A stretch of 64,000 nt of DNA from Candidatus Saccharimonadota bacterium (GCA_024635495.1 JAGXIT010000003.1:9386-73385), one strand, 5' to 3'; numbered from the stretch's first letter, positions 48,626 through 58,989 are shown. Made by a program: numbers and translations. The notes: a model not told the origin generated them from the sequence alone.

Positions 48626-49792
48626 TTAGGGCTGCTGCTCTATTTCCTTAACGCTTATATAGATGCGCGGTGGATTCTTTTCCTTGAGTGGTTGTATGTA
48701 TGTCTGAATATCTTTGTGGTTAATCTGGATATGCGATGCTTCGTACTTACCGTCTTTGGCACCGTTCAGTTTTACGATTTCAAGTGATCCTGGCGTAGTA
48801 ATAACAACTGAGAACTGCCCGATCTTCATATCTGCCAGAGCCTGCACTACCTGCGCCGGTACTTCTTGGCTGCTCATAGTTATTGCTGTGTCAGCATAGG
48901 CACCGCCGTTACTCTTGGTTGAACTATCGTCAGAGACCTGCTCGGCGAGCTTCGCAAAATCTGCGCCTCCCTCAAGTTGTTTTATGACATTGTCCGCCTT
49001 AGTAGTTGCATCTGTGTCAAGCTTGGCGGCAACCTTCGTCGCGAGTAATTCCTGCTTGAGTTGTCGGCGCAAATCATTGATAGACCAGCCGAAGAATTTA
49101 CTCGTAACACTTGCAAGCTTGTCGTTGCTATCACCAAGCCTGTTCTGGGCGCGTAAGGTTGCAAGTGCGTCGTCAATTTCACTGTTTGATACCGATACAC
49201 CATGCTCTGCGGCAAGCTGTTTCACGTAGGCTTCATTGATTACCCGTTCTAGCGCCTTCGGGCGATAGGTGTCGAGCTGGAATTGGCCTGATTCGATACT
49301 GAAATCGACTTGCTGTTGCGTCTCGTTATAGTGCATGTAGCGTCGCAGCTCAAAGAGGTAACTTTCGTAAGACACCCATCGGTCACCTGCTTTTGCAACC
49401 GGCATAGGCACAACACTGGTTACGCGGTACATGAAAAGCGATGTTGAATTGAACTTATAAAGATTTAAGGCCGTAAATACAGAAAAACCAATTATACCAA
49501 GCAGCAGTATGCTGATGGATACAATGAGAATACGGTGTTTGGAATGTTCAAGTGGATATTTGTATTTACGAGCACCGCGCAGCACCGTTTCACGATGCTC
49601 GGCAAGTGTTTCGTTAGTGATACGAGGAACATCCTTGAGCGCCTCCTCTGTCTGTTCTTGGAGTGTTCGTTTACGAAGGCGCTTGGGGAAATCACGCAGT
49701 TTATCTTGCGCTCCGGTAGGTATAATTCGCAGTTTGGGTACTGTGATTTTTTTATTCTTCTTCATATAGTTCCTGTTTGGCGCCTGGGGCAC
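48626..49792 (-). CDS. Membrane-anchored SurA/PrsA-like chaperone with degenerate parvulin (PpiC) domain
   Basis: 388 aa. N-terminal TM ILIVSISILLLGIIGFSVFTALNL. Parvulin-like segment GGADFAKLAEQVSDDSSTKSNGGAY...IGQFSVVITTPGSLEIVKL. Confidence 0.65.
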   Translation of the reverse strand: MPQAPNRNYMKKNKKITVPKLRIIPTGAQDKLRDFPKRLRKRTLQEQTEEALKDVPRITNETLAEHRETVLRGARKYKYPLEHSKHRILIVSISILLLGIIGFSVFTALNLYKFNSTSLFMYRVTSVVPMPVAKAGDRWVSYESYLFELRRYMHYNETQQQVDFSIESGQFQLDTYRPKALERVINEAYVKQLAAEHGVSVSNSEIDDALATLRAQNRLGDSNDKLASVTSKFFGWSINDLRRQLKQELLATKVAAKLDTDATTKADNVIKQLEGGADFAKLAEQVSDDSSTKSNGGAYADTAITMSSQEVPAQVVQALADMKIGQFSVVITTPGSLEIVKLNGAKDGKYEASHIQINHKDIQTYIQPLKEKNPPRIYISVKEIEQQP

Positions 49793-50447
49793 TATTTGCA
49801 GTTATGCCATTCGAGCGCAGTATCTCTAATAGGTGTTTCTGTATCTTCGCAGGGTGGTGAATATAGTGTATCAATAAATCGCCCACCATGGTCTGCATCA
49901 TGATTGTACCGTAGCCGAGTAGCGTCTCTTGGATGCCACGTACTTCATAGTTTACCATCTGAATCTGAGAAAGCCCCATGTCGACGATGCTTCGATGGAA
50001 GAACCCTCGTTGAGTTATCTGGATAAAACGCTGGTCTGTGATGATGAATACACTAAAATACCAGCTCATCCACGACGGGAAGAATAGCAAGGCGGCTACA
50101 ACTACGCTCGCAAGAAAGCTGAGATAGAAAAATGTCATCGTCGGTGGATTTGCCGAACTAGTATAGGTAAGGATAAGGGTATAGAGCGGTCCGACGAGTA
50201 AGCCCAAAGAGCCAAATATCAAGCCTCGCCGCATGACGATCGGATGCTTGCGGAAAACATATAAGACTTCTTCATCGTCAAACTGATCTTCAAAATACCG
50301 TACTTTGCCCTGCCCAGAAGCGGAGCCCTGATTTATCTTTTTCATATGAGTCATTGTATCAGAAAACTGTGTCTGATTGGTGACACCGTCAGGATAATGT
50401 ACTACAGGTTTCTGCGCACGTGACCACGAAGCCGAGTCTTCATCCAC
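49752..50447 (-). CDS. Membrane protein with bacterial PH (YdbS/YdbT-like, DUF304) domain
   Basis: 231 aa. FRKHPIVMRRGLIFGSLGLLVGPLY, a second TM, then IITDQRFIQITQRGFFHRSIVDMGLSQIQ, typical of bPH_2 proteins. Confidence 0.6.
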   Translation of the reverse strand: MDEDSASWSRAQKPVVHYPDGVTNQTQFSDTMTHMKKINQGSASGQGKVRYFEDQFDDEEVLYVFRKHPIVMRRGLIFGSLGLLVGPLYTLILTYTSSANPPTMTFFYLSFLASVVVAALLFFPSWMSWYFSVFIITDQRFIQITQRGFFHRSIVDMGLSQIQMVNYEVRGIQETLLGYGTIMMQTMVGDLLIHYIHHPAKIQKHLLEILRSNGITANSAPGAKQELYEEE

Positions 50448-50480
50448 TTAGTTCATTTGGCGGTTCTCGTCTTAAAAATA

Positions 50481-50524
50481 ACCAAAGAAAAAGCCGGTTA
50501 TATAATACCGACTTTTTCTTTGGT
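50481..50524 (-). terminator. Long hairpin 3' of tRNA-Arg, overlapping its ACCA end
   Basis: ACCAAAGAAAAAGCCGGT-atataat-ACCGACTTTTTCTTTGGT. Confidence 0.65.
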
Positions 50525-50595
50525 GCCCCCACCAGGAGTCGAACCTAGAGCTTCTCCTTAGGACGGAGTTATTTTATCCATTGAACTATGGGGGC
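50521..50595 (-). tRNA. tRNA-Arg (CCU), CCA encoded
   Basis: Reverse complement GCCCCCATAGTTCAATGGATAAAATAACTCCGTCCTAAGGAGAAGCTCTAGGTTCGACTCCTGGTGGGGGCACCA. Anticodon loop GU-CCU-AA. The D-arm is somewhat atypical. Confidence 0.8.
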
Positions 50596-50636
50596 AGTAT
50601 GAGTACATATTGTACTCATATTTTAAGGTTTTGGCC

Positions 50637-51143
50637 CTACTTTTTGCGTGGCTGCGTGAAGGATCCGTGTGAAACTTCGTAGTCGTATAATTCACTTTCA
50701 GCGAACCAATGAGCTATCTCCTGCTCCGCCTCATCGACTGTCGCGGATGCATGTACGATATTTGGCACTCCCAGACCTGCCGCTGCAGGTTGTGAATAAT
50801 TTACATGCGCATAATCGCCACGTATTGTGCCCGGTAGCGCACTCTTCGGTTGGGTATCCCCTACCATCTTTCGGACAAACTCAACCGCCTCAACCCCTTC
50901 AAGTACCATGGCAATCACTGGTCCAAGCTGCATAGTTGCGAGCTGAGCCTCAAAAATGTCATCGCCTTTGCGAGTCCTGAGCGTACCGATGCCTTCATAG
51001 TGCTGGGCAAAATGTTCATAATCCGGCTGAAGCATTTTCATGCCGACGATTCTAAAACCAGCGCGTTCAAACCTAGTCAACACTTCTCCGACAATACCGC
51101 GCATGACTGCGTCCGGTTTAAATACAACTAACGTTTTTTCCAT
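50637..51143 (-). CDS. ndk: Nucleoside diphosphate kinase
   Basis: Start moved to ATG 51143 (MEKTLVVFKPDAV). Active-site NIVHAS present. Has a C-terminal extension relative to classic Ndk. Confidence 0.88.
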   Translation of the reverse strand: MEKTLVVFKPDAVMRGIVGEVLTRFERAGFRIVGMKMLQPDYEHFAQHYEGIGTLRTRKGDDIFEAQLATMQLGPVIAMVLEGVEAVEFVRKMVGDTQPKSALPGTIRGDYAHVNYSQPAAAGLGVPNIVHASATVDEAEQEIAHWFAESELYDYEVSHGSFTQPRKK

Positions 51144-51226
51144 GAAATTCCTTTCTTTATGCTCATTGTAACAGATAGGTCTTCCTGTGCCAACGTCGCA
51201 CAATATTGTGCTACAATACATGGTAC

Positions 51227-52135
51227 ATGAAGTTTATAAAAGCAAAAACAGATTTTCTCGAATATCTTGAAATAGAACAAAACCGTTCACAGAAAACAAT
51301 CGCAAATTACGATCATTACCTCACCCGCTTGAGCGATTACGCGGGCGACATAACAGTCCAAGATATTGATCAAGAATTAGTACGCAAGTGGCGCTTATGG
51401 CTGAACCGGCTTGGCACGAACACGAGTGATGAGCTACAGAAAACAACGCTCAATTACCACCTGATTGCCCTCAGAAGCTTTCTGAAATACTGCCACAAGC
51501 GCAGTCTGCCCTGCCTACCGCCCGATACAATTGAGCTAGCTCGTACGACGAGACCCCAAGTCACGTTCCTGAACGAAGAGGAGCTTGGCCGTGTGTTTGA
51601 GCAGCCAGATACAAACACCGAGGCGGGTCTGCGAGACAGAGCGATCCTCGAACTACTCTTCAGCTCTGGCTTGCGTGTATCTGAGCTCGTCGGACTTGAT
51701 AGAGACCATATAAATCTGAAGCGTCGAGAGTTTATGGTCAGGGGTAAGGGCCAAAAGGATAGGCCGATATTCATCAGTACAGACGCGGCAGACTGGATTC
51801 AACAGTATCTAGACAAACGAGATGATGCCACCAAACCACTCTTCATCCGTTACGGTGGGCGCAAAACAGTAGATCGCAGCGGCAATTACCACCGCTTGAC
51901 AGCTCGGAGCGTCCAGAGACTGGTGGCACACTATGCCCTTCTGGCCGGCATCACTAAGCACGTCAGCCCACACACACTTCGCCACAGTTTCGCAACTAAT
52001 CTACTCATGAACGGTGCAGATATTCGCTCAGTCCAGGCGATGCTCGGGCATAGCAATATCGCCACTACACAGATTTATACGCACGTGACCGACCCACACC
52101 TTCGTGCTGTGCACGAAAAGTTCCATCACAAATAA
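51227..52135 (+). CDS. Tyrosine site-specific recombinase, XerC/XerD family
   Basis: ATG at 51227 (MKFIKAKTDFLEYLEIEQNRS...). Catalytic context ...RDRAILELLFSSGLRVSELVGL...HTLRHSFATNLLMNGADIRSVQAMLGHSNIATTQIYTHV. TGcTACAAT extended -10 element at 51209-51217, only about 10 nt before the ATG, so the mRNA may be leaderless. Confidence 0.85.
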   Translation: MKFIKAKTDFLEYLEIEQNRSQKTIANYDHYLTRLSDYAGDITVQDIDQELVRKWRLWLNRLGTNTSDELQKTTLNYHLIALRSFLKYCHKRSLPCLPPDTIELARTTRPQVTFLNEEELGRVFEQPDTNTEAGLRDRAILELLFSSGLRVSELVGLDRDHINLKRREFMVRGKGQKDRPIFISTDAADWIQQYLDKRDDATKPLFIRYGGRKTVDRSGNYHRLTARSVQRLVAHYALLAGITKHVSPHTLRHSFATNLLMNGADIRSVQAMLGHSNIATTQIYTHVTDPHLRAVHEKFHHK

Positions 52136-52147
52136 GTGCTACATTCT

Positions 52148-53200
52148 CTAGCAACCCGGGGTATAGGAGGCAGAAGAAATACTAAATTGCTTACAGACAT
52201 CGGCTGTTGAGTGCACTGCACCCTGTGGTATCAGTGAGTTATCAAACTGTTGCAACGGTACGGTAACCTGCACTCGTCGGAGTACATCTTGTGCTCTACC
52301 CGTTACGTCAACTTGTGCTTGTGCATCTTTGAAATATGCACTTTCACTCAGCGAGTTTACGGCGTCAATGACGACTCGTTCAGTGTCGCCATAGAGTGTC
52401 GTGATACGAGTGTAGTACAGAGTTGTCATTGCATTTCCCGTAAACGACACGCTACCCGTGCACGTAGCTGTGACGCTACTGCAGGGTGCTTCAACTATAT
52501 ATCCCTTTGTGGCGAAGCTGGGCAAGCTTGGGGTCGATAAACCACTCGAAACAGGTTGCATGAAGAAAGATGATGTATTGCCAGCCAAACCCGCAGCCGA
52601 TATCGATGGAAGGTTCTTTGTACTCATGATATCTACGCGTAGTAGTGGATATCCGCAATTATTGCTGGCTGTGGTGGTGAAATCGCCTCGTGTGCTACAT
52701 AAGACTGGGTTTGGGTCTCCACCAGTTTTGGCAGACCATGTAAAGTTAAGTGTGAGCTTATTGCCGGTATTAAAATTAGTACCGTTACTAGCTACAAGAT
52801 TTATTGGGATGACTTTTGAGCTCGTTTCGTTTGCGGTGGTGACTATCTGAGAAACGATAGGGTTTACCAATATACACGTGTACTCGACACCCACTCCTAG
52901 CGTTCCTGGGTCGTAGTTACCTTGCTTGCAAGTAGTCTGCTCTTTAATAGGATTGCCCGCAGCTAGTGCGGCCGACATCACAGAAACTGCTTTATTTACT
53001 CCTGATTCGGCTGCATAGAATGCCTGCTGACTCAGCTGTCTATCGAGTTGCTCGCGGCGATTGCTATTCGTAACCTGCGTAAACCCAACCACGATGAGTG
53101 AAATTACCAGCATCATGATGATAGTTACCATAAATGACACGAGCCCACGCTCATCCTGCTTAGTCATTCTCTCTGTCACGTTAGTCATATTACTACTCAT
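52148..53200 (-). CDS. PilX-like pilus-associated protein (N-terminal TM, no Glu5)
   Basis: 350 aa. ERGLVSFMVTIIMMLVISLIVVGFTQV...QAFYAAESGVNKAV matches the PilX N-terminal pattern. Last gene of the pilus operon. Confidence 0.6.
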   Translation of the reverse strand: MSSNMTNVTERMTKQDERGLVSFMVTIIMMLVISLIVVGFTQVTNSNRREQLDRQLSQQAFYAAESGVNKAVSVMSAALAAGNPIKEQTTCKQGNYDPGTLGVGVEYTCILVNPIVSQIVTTANETSSKVIPINLVASNGTNFNTGNKLTLNFTWSAKTGGDPNPVLCSTRGDFTTTASNNCGYPLLRVDIMSTKNLPSISAAGLAGNTSSFFMQPVSSGLSTPSLPSFATKGYIVEAPCSSVTATCTGSVSFTGNAMTTLYYTRITTLYGDTERVVIDAVNSLSESAYFKDAQAQVDVTGRAQDVLRRVQVTVPLQQFDNSLIPQGAVHSTADVCKQFSISSASYTPGC

Positions 53201-53216
53201 ATTACACCGTTTCCGC

Positions 53217-53912
53217 TTATGTACCTAGCCGCTTCTCGACCACTGTTTTCAGGATGCTATTTGCACAATATGGCGCGCCTGGACCGCTACGACAGCTGAG
53301 CGAGTCTGCCTTACTACCCCACATGTTACCGCTAGGCCCTTCAGACAAATTACCTGAGCCCGAACAATTTCCGCTAGCTACACCACCGTCAGTGGAGCAC
53401 AATACGTCTTTTTCGCCAAAAGCGATAGCAATATCTATCGCGTATAGGTTATTACCAGCAGACGTAACCGATAGATTGGTTACACGTTGGTTTTTGCTGA
53501 GCAGTTGCTTGCCATTGGTGAATGGCTGGCTCGGCATTTTACAAGAACCGTTAATTGGTTGCATGTATAAACCGAGGTTCGCATTGGTGGTATCACCTCC
53601 GTTGTATAGTATTGCTTTCCCGTAAGAAAACACGTAGCCACCCGCGCAGAAAAATGAATTTGCCGGTTTGGTCTCTGTGATCGAAGCGCCGCTAAATTGG
53701 ATTGATTGGCTTATCATGTCAATAGCATTTCGAGTGGTATTTTGCGTAGCAGTAGCATTGACGCTCTTGTAGTACTGATTGGAAAACGCAATCACCCCGA
53801 CAGTGATGATCACAAGAATCATAGAAAACACCACAGTCGCTATCATCAGCTCGACGATAGTGAAGCCAGCTTCGTTCTTTGTGGTATCGGATAATTTTTT
53901 AGACATGTTCAT
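53217..53912 (-). CDS. Type IV minor pilin (prepilin N-terminal methylation motif)
   Basis: 231 aa. NEAG|FTIVELMIATVVFSMILVII is a class III signal peptide. Confidence 0.75.
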   Translation of the reverse strand: MNMSKKLSDTTKNEAGFTIVELMIATVVFSMILVIITVGVIAFSNQYYKSVNATATQNTTRNAIDMISQSIQFSGASITETKPANSFFCAGGYVFSYGKAILYNGGDTTNANLGLYMQPINGSCKMPSQPFTNGKQLLSKNQRVTNLSVTSAGNNLYAIDIAIAFGEKDVLCSTDGGVASGNCSGSGNLSEGPSGNMWGSKADSLSCRSGPGAPYCANSILKTVVEKRLGT

Positions 53913-54359
53913 TTACTCTACCCTGTAAAGCACAGACACATCCGCGCCCGAGCCACCCAAAGTATCCCAGTGTGCATTAATTTTATAGACGGGGGCATTC
54001 GTCGAATCAACCGTGAGCAGATACGTCGCACCACCATTGGTGACCTTACAGAGGCTCGCACCGCTTGCCTCACTCACGTAGGCTCCACCGTCAAAACAAC
54101 CGCCACTATTGCTTTTTATCGCAGTGATATCACTGCCGATCGCAGAAGTACCGAGAGAACGAAATACTTCTACCTGCTCTTCGACGAGTTTTTGAGCGTA
54201 CGATTGCTCTTGCACCTCTTGAGTGACTTGCGTATTTCGGTTTGTGATAGCATAGGCTGCGGTCAGTACAAGGCTCACGATACCGATTGCAATAATCACC
54301 TCGATGATAGTATCGCCCCGCTCTCGTTTTCCATGCCAGATGTCTCTATATAGTTTCAT
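53913..54359 (-). CDS. Pilin-like protein with atypical cleavage site G|DTIIE
   Basis: 148 aa. KRERG|DTIIEVIIAIGIVSLVLTAAYAI. Glu5 is present but position +1 is Asp instead of Phe/Met. Confidence 0.65.
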   Translation of the reverse strand: MKLYRDIWHGKRERGDTIIEVIIAIGIVSLVLTAAYAITNRNTQVTQEVQEQSYAQKLVEEQVEVFRSLGTSAIGSDITAIKSNSGGCFDGGAYVSEASGASLCKVTNGGATYLLTVDSTNAPVYKINAHWDTLGGSGADVSVLYRVE

Positions 54360-54362
54360 AGT

Positions 54363-55187
54363 TTATGCCCCGCAGGTTGTCCCGTTTTTAATATCAAGTG
54401 TGACCTCAAGCCCGTTCGTGATTGTTATCAGCCCAGACTGGTCGGTGCCGCCGCTTTTGAAACATAGTCCAATGCCTTTACTCACTTTTGGATACGCAGC
54501 ACTGGTAGTGGCCTCTGTGTCCAGCCAGCTCCTAGCGGCATCGCTATCACTCTGTGTGTTAGCTGGCCACGGTCGAGAGAAATTATGAAGATTGAGCTGC
54601 TGAACACCCGCCTGCTGGCTCGTCCCACTGCCTGCAAATCCGCTCAGAAATGCGACGGCAACCCCCTCATCGCTAGTAAATCCCGTGCCATCGACATTGG
54701 CGCCGACATATTCTAAGCCATTATTTATGTTACTCACAATCGTACTCTTCTGTATAACTGTGAGCCAAGCCTTTGAAGCATCGGATACGTCTGCATTACT
54801 CGAGTCTAGGCGGCGTCCAGCCATCGAATACACGGTGTATTTAGTAGGGTTCTGGACGGATAATGCTAACGCCTTTCCACCGAAAACACATTCTGAATTA
54901 CTCCCTTGAGTGTTCGAGCTACTGTCTGTAATTTTTACATTATTCCCAGCGCCAGCCTGACAGCTAAAGTCTGTGTTGTTTGGATAATAACCGCTGACTG
55001 TCTCGTTTACTATCTGCTGGATTTGTTGCTTTAGGCCGCGCACACCCACCTGAAAGTCGGTTTTATTCTGACGACCGTTGATAGTAAGCGCAGCCATCAC
55101 AAAGAGCGAACCTGTTACTGCAAGTACAATCAGTGTTTCCACTATCGTAAAGCCCTGTGCCGATTGCTGCTCGCCACCCCTTTTCAT
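54363..55187 (-). CDS. Type IV minor pilin
   Basis: 274 aa. SAQG|FTIVETLIVLAVTGSLFVMAAL. Confidence 0.75.
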   Translation of the reverse strand: MKRGGEQQSAQGFTIVETLIVLAVTGSLFVMAALTINGRQNKTDFQVGVRGLKQQIQQIVNETVSGYYPNNTDFSCQAGAGNNVKITDSSSNTQGSNSECVFGGKALALSVQNPTKYTVYSMAGRRLDSSNADVSDASKAWLTVIQKSTIVSNINNGLEYVGANVDGTGFTSDEGVAVAFLSGFAGSGTSQQAGVQQLNLHNFSRPWPANTQSDSDAARSWLDTEATTSAAYPKVSKGIGLCFKSGGTDQSGLITITNGLEVTLDIKNGTTCGA

Positions 55188-55223
55188 ATGCTTTCAGTAT
55201 AGCATAAGCTTAGTGTGGTTATG

Positions 55224-56054
55224 CTAGATTAAAATACCTTGATACCAATCAATAACCCTCTGACCAAACAGTACCACTAACAGTGCTGCGGTCAGTAAGT
55301 ATGGACCAAATGGAATATGCTGTGCGAAACCTTGCTTGCCCTGCAGCATGAGCGGTATACTCATGAGCGATCCGAGTAAAGAAGCCAAGAAAACAACGAG
55401 CAACGCCTCGATTGGCCCACCGACGATGAGCCCAAGGGCGAGTGCTAGTTTGACGTCTCCGCCCCCTATCCATCTACCCTTGGATAGCTGAAACAACGCC
55501 CAAAATAGCCCAAATATTAGCACTCCCCCGAAAGCCGCGTGCAGGACGTACACCGGGTCGCTATTCACGAATGCAATTACGAGTACCTGTAGGACGGCAA
55601 GGCCTGTCAGTGGCCGTACGAGCTTATCTGGGAGCAGGAACCACCGCAAGTCGTACAGTGCCAGTGCCATGAAGAACACGGCAAATACGAGGAAAAACGC
55701 AAATCCGATGATACCAACTGCGTCGAGTTCATATGGCCACGTCACATAGCTGAGGCTAAATACCAGCGCGGTAATGGTCTCTACGATTGGATATTGCGCA
55801 GAAATAGGCTTGTGGCAGTAACGGCAGCGCCCTCGCAGCCACAGCCAGCTGAATACTGGCACGAGATCTTGCGCGGCAAGCTCGTGCTTGCAGTGCGGGC
55901 ACATGCTTCTGCCCTCTACTATGGAGAGCCGCTTGTCGGCACGCTTCTTCTTGCTACTGGCCTGCTCGTGCAGACGCCACACGAGCGCATTCACGAAGCT
56001 GCCAAACACCAACCCCAACAGGAATAAAAAAGCTACAATCATTAGCTCAATCAT
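55224..56054 (-). CDS. pilD: Prepilin peptidase / N-methyltransferase (A24 family)
   Basis: 276 aa, polytopic. Zinc motif CPHCKHEL...CRYCHKPIS. Catalytic Asp context GGGDVKLALALG. Confidence 0.9.
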   Translation of the reverse strand: MIELMIVAFLFLLGLVFGSFVNALVWRLHEQASSKKKRADKRLSIVEGRSMCPHCKHELAAQDLVPVFSWLWLRGRCRYCHKPISAQYPIVETITALVFSLSYVTWPYELDAVGIIGFAFFLVFAVFFMALALYDLRWFLLPDKLVRPLTGLAVLQVLVIAFVNSDPVYVLHAAFGGVLIFGLFWALFQLSKGRWIGGGDVKLALALGLIVGGPIEALLVVFLASLLGSLMSIPLMLQGKQGFAQHIPFGPYLLTAALLVVLFGQRVIDWYQGILI

Positions 56055-56115
56055 ACCACAAAGATAAATAAGGCCCCGCGGGGCCTTATTTTAGTACACA
56101 AACCTTTTTTAGGTT

Positions 56116-56604
56116 CTAGCTACCGACACACTTGACGATATCGCCCGAGCCACTCTCAGCACCATACAGTACGACATATGCTCGACCATTTGTAGCGACA
56201 ACAGCTCCAGTTGAGGTGTCATTACAGATTGCTCTTGTGACAATCGTGTAAACACCAGGCGCAACCGTTGTCGGTATCGTTGAAGTCAGTGATACCCCAG
56301 TCAAACTTGCATCTACTTTAACTCTTTCATTGTTGGCAGTGCCAGAACTAGGCGACAAAACAACGGAAGTGCCCGAGATAGCTGCTGTACCCGCGATCGC
56401 ACCTCCATTATTCGATGAATACGTGCCCATGGCAGAGAGTAAGTTGTTTGCATTAGCATTAGCTGCATTATTACGCCCACTTCGCTGCAGTGCTGGTACC
56501 GCCAAGAAGACGACGACCATGATAAGCCCCGCGATAGCTAGTACAATCAATACTTCGATGATTGTGAAGCCCTCTGATTTACGTTCTTTTAGATTTAACC
56601 CCAT
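56116..56604 (-). CDS. pilA: Major type IV pilin candidate
   Basis: 162 aa. KSEG|FTIIEVLIVLAIAGLIMVVVFLAVPALQ. Two Cys (CND...KC) lie near the C-terminus. Positioned between pilC and pilD. Confidence 0.8.
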   Translation of the reverse strand: MGLNLKERKSEGFTIIEVLIVLAIAGLIMVVVFLAVPALQRSGRNNAANANANNLLSAMGTYSSNNGGAIAGTAAISGTSVVLSPSSGTANNERVKVDASLTGVSLTSTIPTTVAPGVYTIVTRAICNDTSTGAVVATNGRAYVVLYGAESGSGDIVKCVGS

Positions 56605-56681
56605 TTTGTGTGCCCTTCCCTTAGTTAAAACGCTTATGTTTAGATAATACGTATATTGGAATATATTTGCAAGTATATGGC

Positions 56682-57899
56682 CTACCCCCCGAACCCTGAG
56701 GTCCCTGCGAGCCCATAAATTGGCAATAGTACAGCCGCCACAATGATGAAGGCAACCACACCGAGGAGCACCATCATCACCGGCTCGATGATAGAAGATA
56801 TGTTCGCCACTTCGGTATCTACTTCTTTTTCATAATAGTCAGCTACCTTCTCCATCATCTGCTCAATCGAACCTGATTGCTCACCGATGCGAATCATATT
56901 CGGCACGAGCGGTAAAAAGCTTGAGTCATTCTCGAGGCTATCAGCCAGGCTTTTGCCGCCCTTTACCTTATCGGCTGCGCGCTTGATGGACGCTTCGATG
57001 TGTACGTTATTGACCGCCCGGCTCGTGATACTGAGCATCTGCAAGAGCGGTACCCCCGTAGAGACGAGCGTGGTGCCGGTGCGAGCAAAACGAGCCATAT
57101 ACACTTTCATGAAGAGTGGTCCGATTGGCCAAGCTTTCATCTTTACTTTATCAACGACAAGCTTGCCGGGGCCAGTACGCGCCCAGCGAGAGGTGAAGAA
57201 CGCTCCGACAGCTAGCACAAGTATGACCACCCACCAGAACTTTATGGTGAAGTCAGATATCGCCAGGAGGATTCGAGTCAGAAGTGGCAGCGTGGTTCCC
57301 TGGATACCATCGTAGATGTTCTTGACCTGTGGTAGCACTTTGACCACCATAAATCCTATGACACCAATCATCACTACCAGCACTATGACGGGGTACATCA
57401 TCGCACCGCGAATCTTGCTATTGAGGTCAGCTTCTTTTTCTTGCTGGATAGCGAGTCGATCGAGCGCTGCGTCGAGCGTGCCAGAGGACTCACCGGCCGA
57501 TATCAGGCTGAGATACACCTGGTTAAACACACGAGGATGCTTACCCATGGCATTGGCAAGCGTGCTACCGCCTTCGACATCACCGATAATTTGGCTCAAC
57601 ACAATCTTGAGAGGCTTGCTCGTTGCCTGGTTACTGACACTCCTGAGTGCCTGGAGTAGTGGCAACCCGGCGTTGATGAGTGTGCTCAATTGACGACTGA
57701 ATAGGACTCGGTCTTTTGTCTTTACCTTGGACTTTTGCGAGCTAAACATACCACCACTTGCTTGCAAACTGATGTCTGTCGCTACAAGGCCTTCATTCGC
57801 AATAAGTTTAGCTGCTGCTGCTTCACTATCAGCCTCAACCATCGATTTGACGGTTTTGCCTGTCTGAGGGTTACGAGCAGTGTAGTTATAAGCTAGCAT
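56682..57899 (-). CDS. pilC: Type IV pilus platform protein PilC (GspF family)
   Basis: 405 aa. Two T2SS-F repeats (FSRQLSTLINAGLPLLQAL / FARTGTTLVSTGVPLLQML) and 3 TM segments. Confidence 0.92.
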   Translation of the reverse strand: MLAYNYTARNPQTGKTVKSMVEADSEAAAAKLIANEGLVATDISLQASGGMFSSQKSKVKTKDRVLFSRQLSTLINAGLPLLQALRSVSNQATSKPLKIVLSQIIGDVEGGSTLANAMGKHPRVFNQVYLSLISAGESSGTLDAALDRLAIQQEKEADLNSKIRGAMMYPVIVLVVMIGVIGFMVVKVLPQVKNIYDGIQGTTLPLLTRILLAISDFTIKFWWVVILVLAVGAFFTSRWARTGPGKLVVDKVKMKAWPIGPLFMKVYMARFARTGTTLVSTGVPLLQMLSITSRAVNNVHIEASIKRAADKVKGGKSLADSLENDSSFLPLVPNMIRIGEQSGSIEQMMEKVADYYEKEVDTEVANISSIIEPVMMVLLGVVAFIIVAAVLLPIYGLAGTSGFGG

Positions 57900-57902
57900 G
57901 TA

Positions 57903-58979
57903 CTAATCTCTCATTAATCTATCAAGTTCATCTATATCGACGGCGACGTTACGCGCCTCATCATAGCTAATCGAGCCCTCGTGGATGAGCTGTACGAGCT
58001 GCTTATCCATGCTCTGCATACCGAATTCGGTACCAGTCTGGATTACAGCGTCTAACTGATGCGTTTTGCCTTCACGGATGATATTGCGCACAGCCGGTGT
58101 CGCTACTAGGATTTCTGTGGCTGCGATGCGGCCACCGCCAATAGCTGGTATAAGCCGCTGGCTACAAATGGCCATAAGGATGTTCGAGAGTTGAGCGCGG
58201 ATTTGTGGCTGTTGGTGTGGCGGAAACACATCGACCATACGGTCTATACTCTGTGCGGCGCTATTGGTGTGTAGCGTGGCGAATACAAGGTGCCCGGTCT
58301 CGGCGATTGTGATGGCGCTCGCGATAGTTTCGAGGTCACGCATCTCACCGATAAGTACAACATCTGGATCTTCACGGAGCGAGCTACGAAGTGCAGCACT
58401 GAATGAGTAGGTGTCATAGTGTACTTCACGCTGAACAATCATGGATTTTTTGCTTTTGTGCGTATACTCAATCGGGTCTTCGATCGTAATAATGTGCTTG
58501 GACTGTTCCATGTTTATCTTATGAATAAGTGCTGCAAGACTCGTTGATTTACCTGAGCCGGTCGGACCGGTTACAAGCACTAGTCCTCGAGGATAACTGG
58601 CAAATTTAGTAACAATAGGAGGCAAACCAAGTTGCTCAACCGTCAGAATTTCATTCGGTATAAGGCGGAGTGCGCACGCGAGATTACCACGCTCATGAAA
58701 TGCATTTACACGGAAACGACCGAGGTCGCCAAAGGCAAAGCTGAAGTCAAATTCTTTATCCTTGAGCAGGATTTGTTTTTGATCTTCATCAAGGATAGCA
58801 AATATAAGCGACTCGACTGTCTCTTCGGAGAGTACGTCCGCACCATTGACCGGTGTAAGCGAACCATCAACTCGAAGCATTGGAGGTAGGCCCACCTGCA
58901 AGTGAAGGTCGGAAGCTTTGCGCTTTACGACTTCTTCTAGTAGTATTTCGATTCTTGGTTGTCCCTGCATCTGTGCCAC
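57903..58979 (-). CDS. pilT: Twitching-motility retraction ATPase PilT
   Basis: 358 aa. GPTGSGKSTSLAALI, IITIEDPIEY and GHLVFATLHTNSA. No N-terminal GspE-N domain. Confidence 0.92.
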   Translation of the reverse strand: MAQMQGQPRIEILLEEVVKRKASDLHLQVGLPPMLRVDGSLTPVNGADVLSEETVESLIFAILDEDQKQILLKDKEFDFSFAFGDLGRFRVNAFHERGNLACALRLIPNEILTVEQLGLPPIVTKFASYPRGLVLVTGPTGSGKSTSLAALIHKINMEQSKHIITIEDPIEYTHKSKKSMIVQREVHYDTYSFSAALRSSLREDPDVVLIGEMRDLETIASAITIAETGHLVFATLHTNSAAQSIDRMVDVFPPHQQPQIRAQLSNILMAICSQRLIPAIGGGRIAATEILVATPAVRNIIREGKTHQLDAVIQTGTEFGMQSMDKQLVQLIHEGSISYDEARNVAVDIDELDRLMRD

Positions 58980-58989
58980 CCTTTGTATA

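Noticed and set aside
48137-48787. 141-aa (minus) and 152-aa (plus) ORFs across the tRNA-Thr/Asp cluster
   Set aside because: They span tRNA genes and terminator hairpins, so they are spurious.
50598-50620. Perfect 10-bp inverted repeat TATGAGTACA-tat-TGTACTCATA between ndk and tRNA-Arg, considered as a regulatory operator
   Set aside because: It is most simply the ndk transcription-stop or tRNA-Arg 5'-processing hairpin. It is a single copy with no associated regulator, so it was not promoted to a finding.
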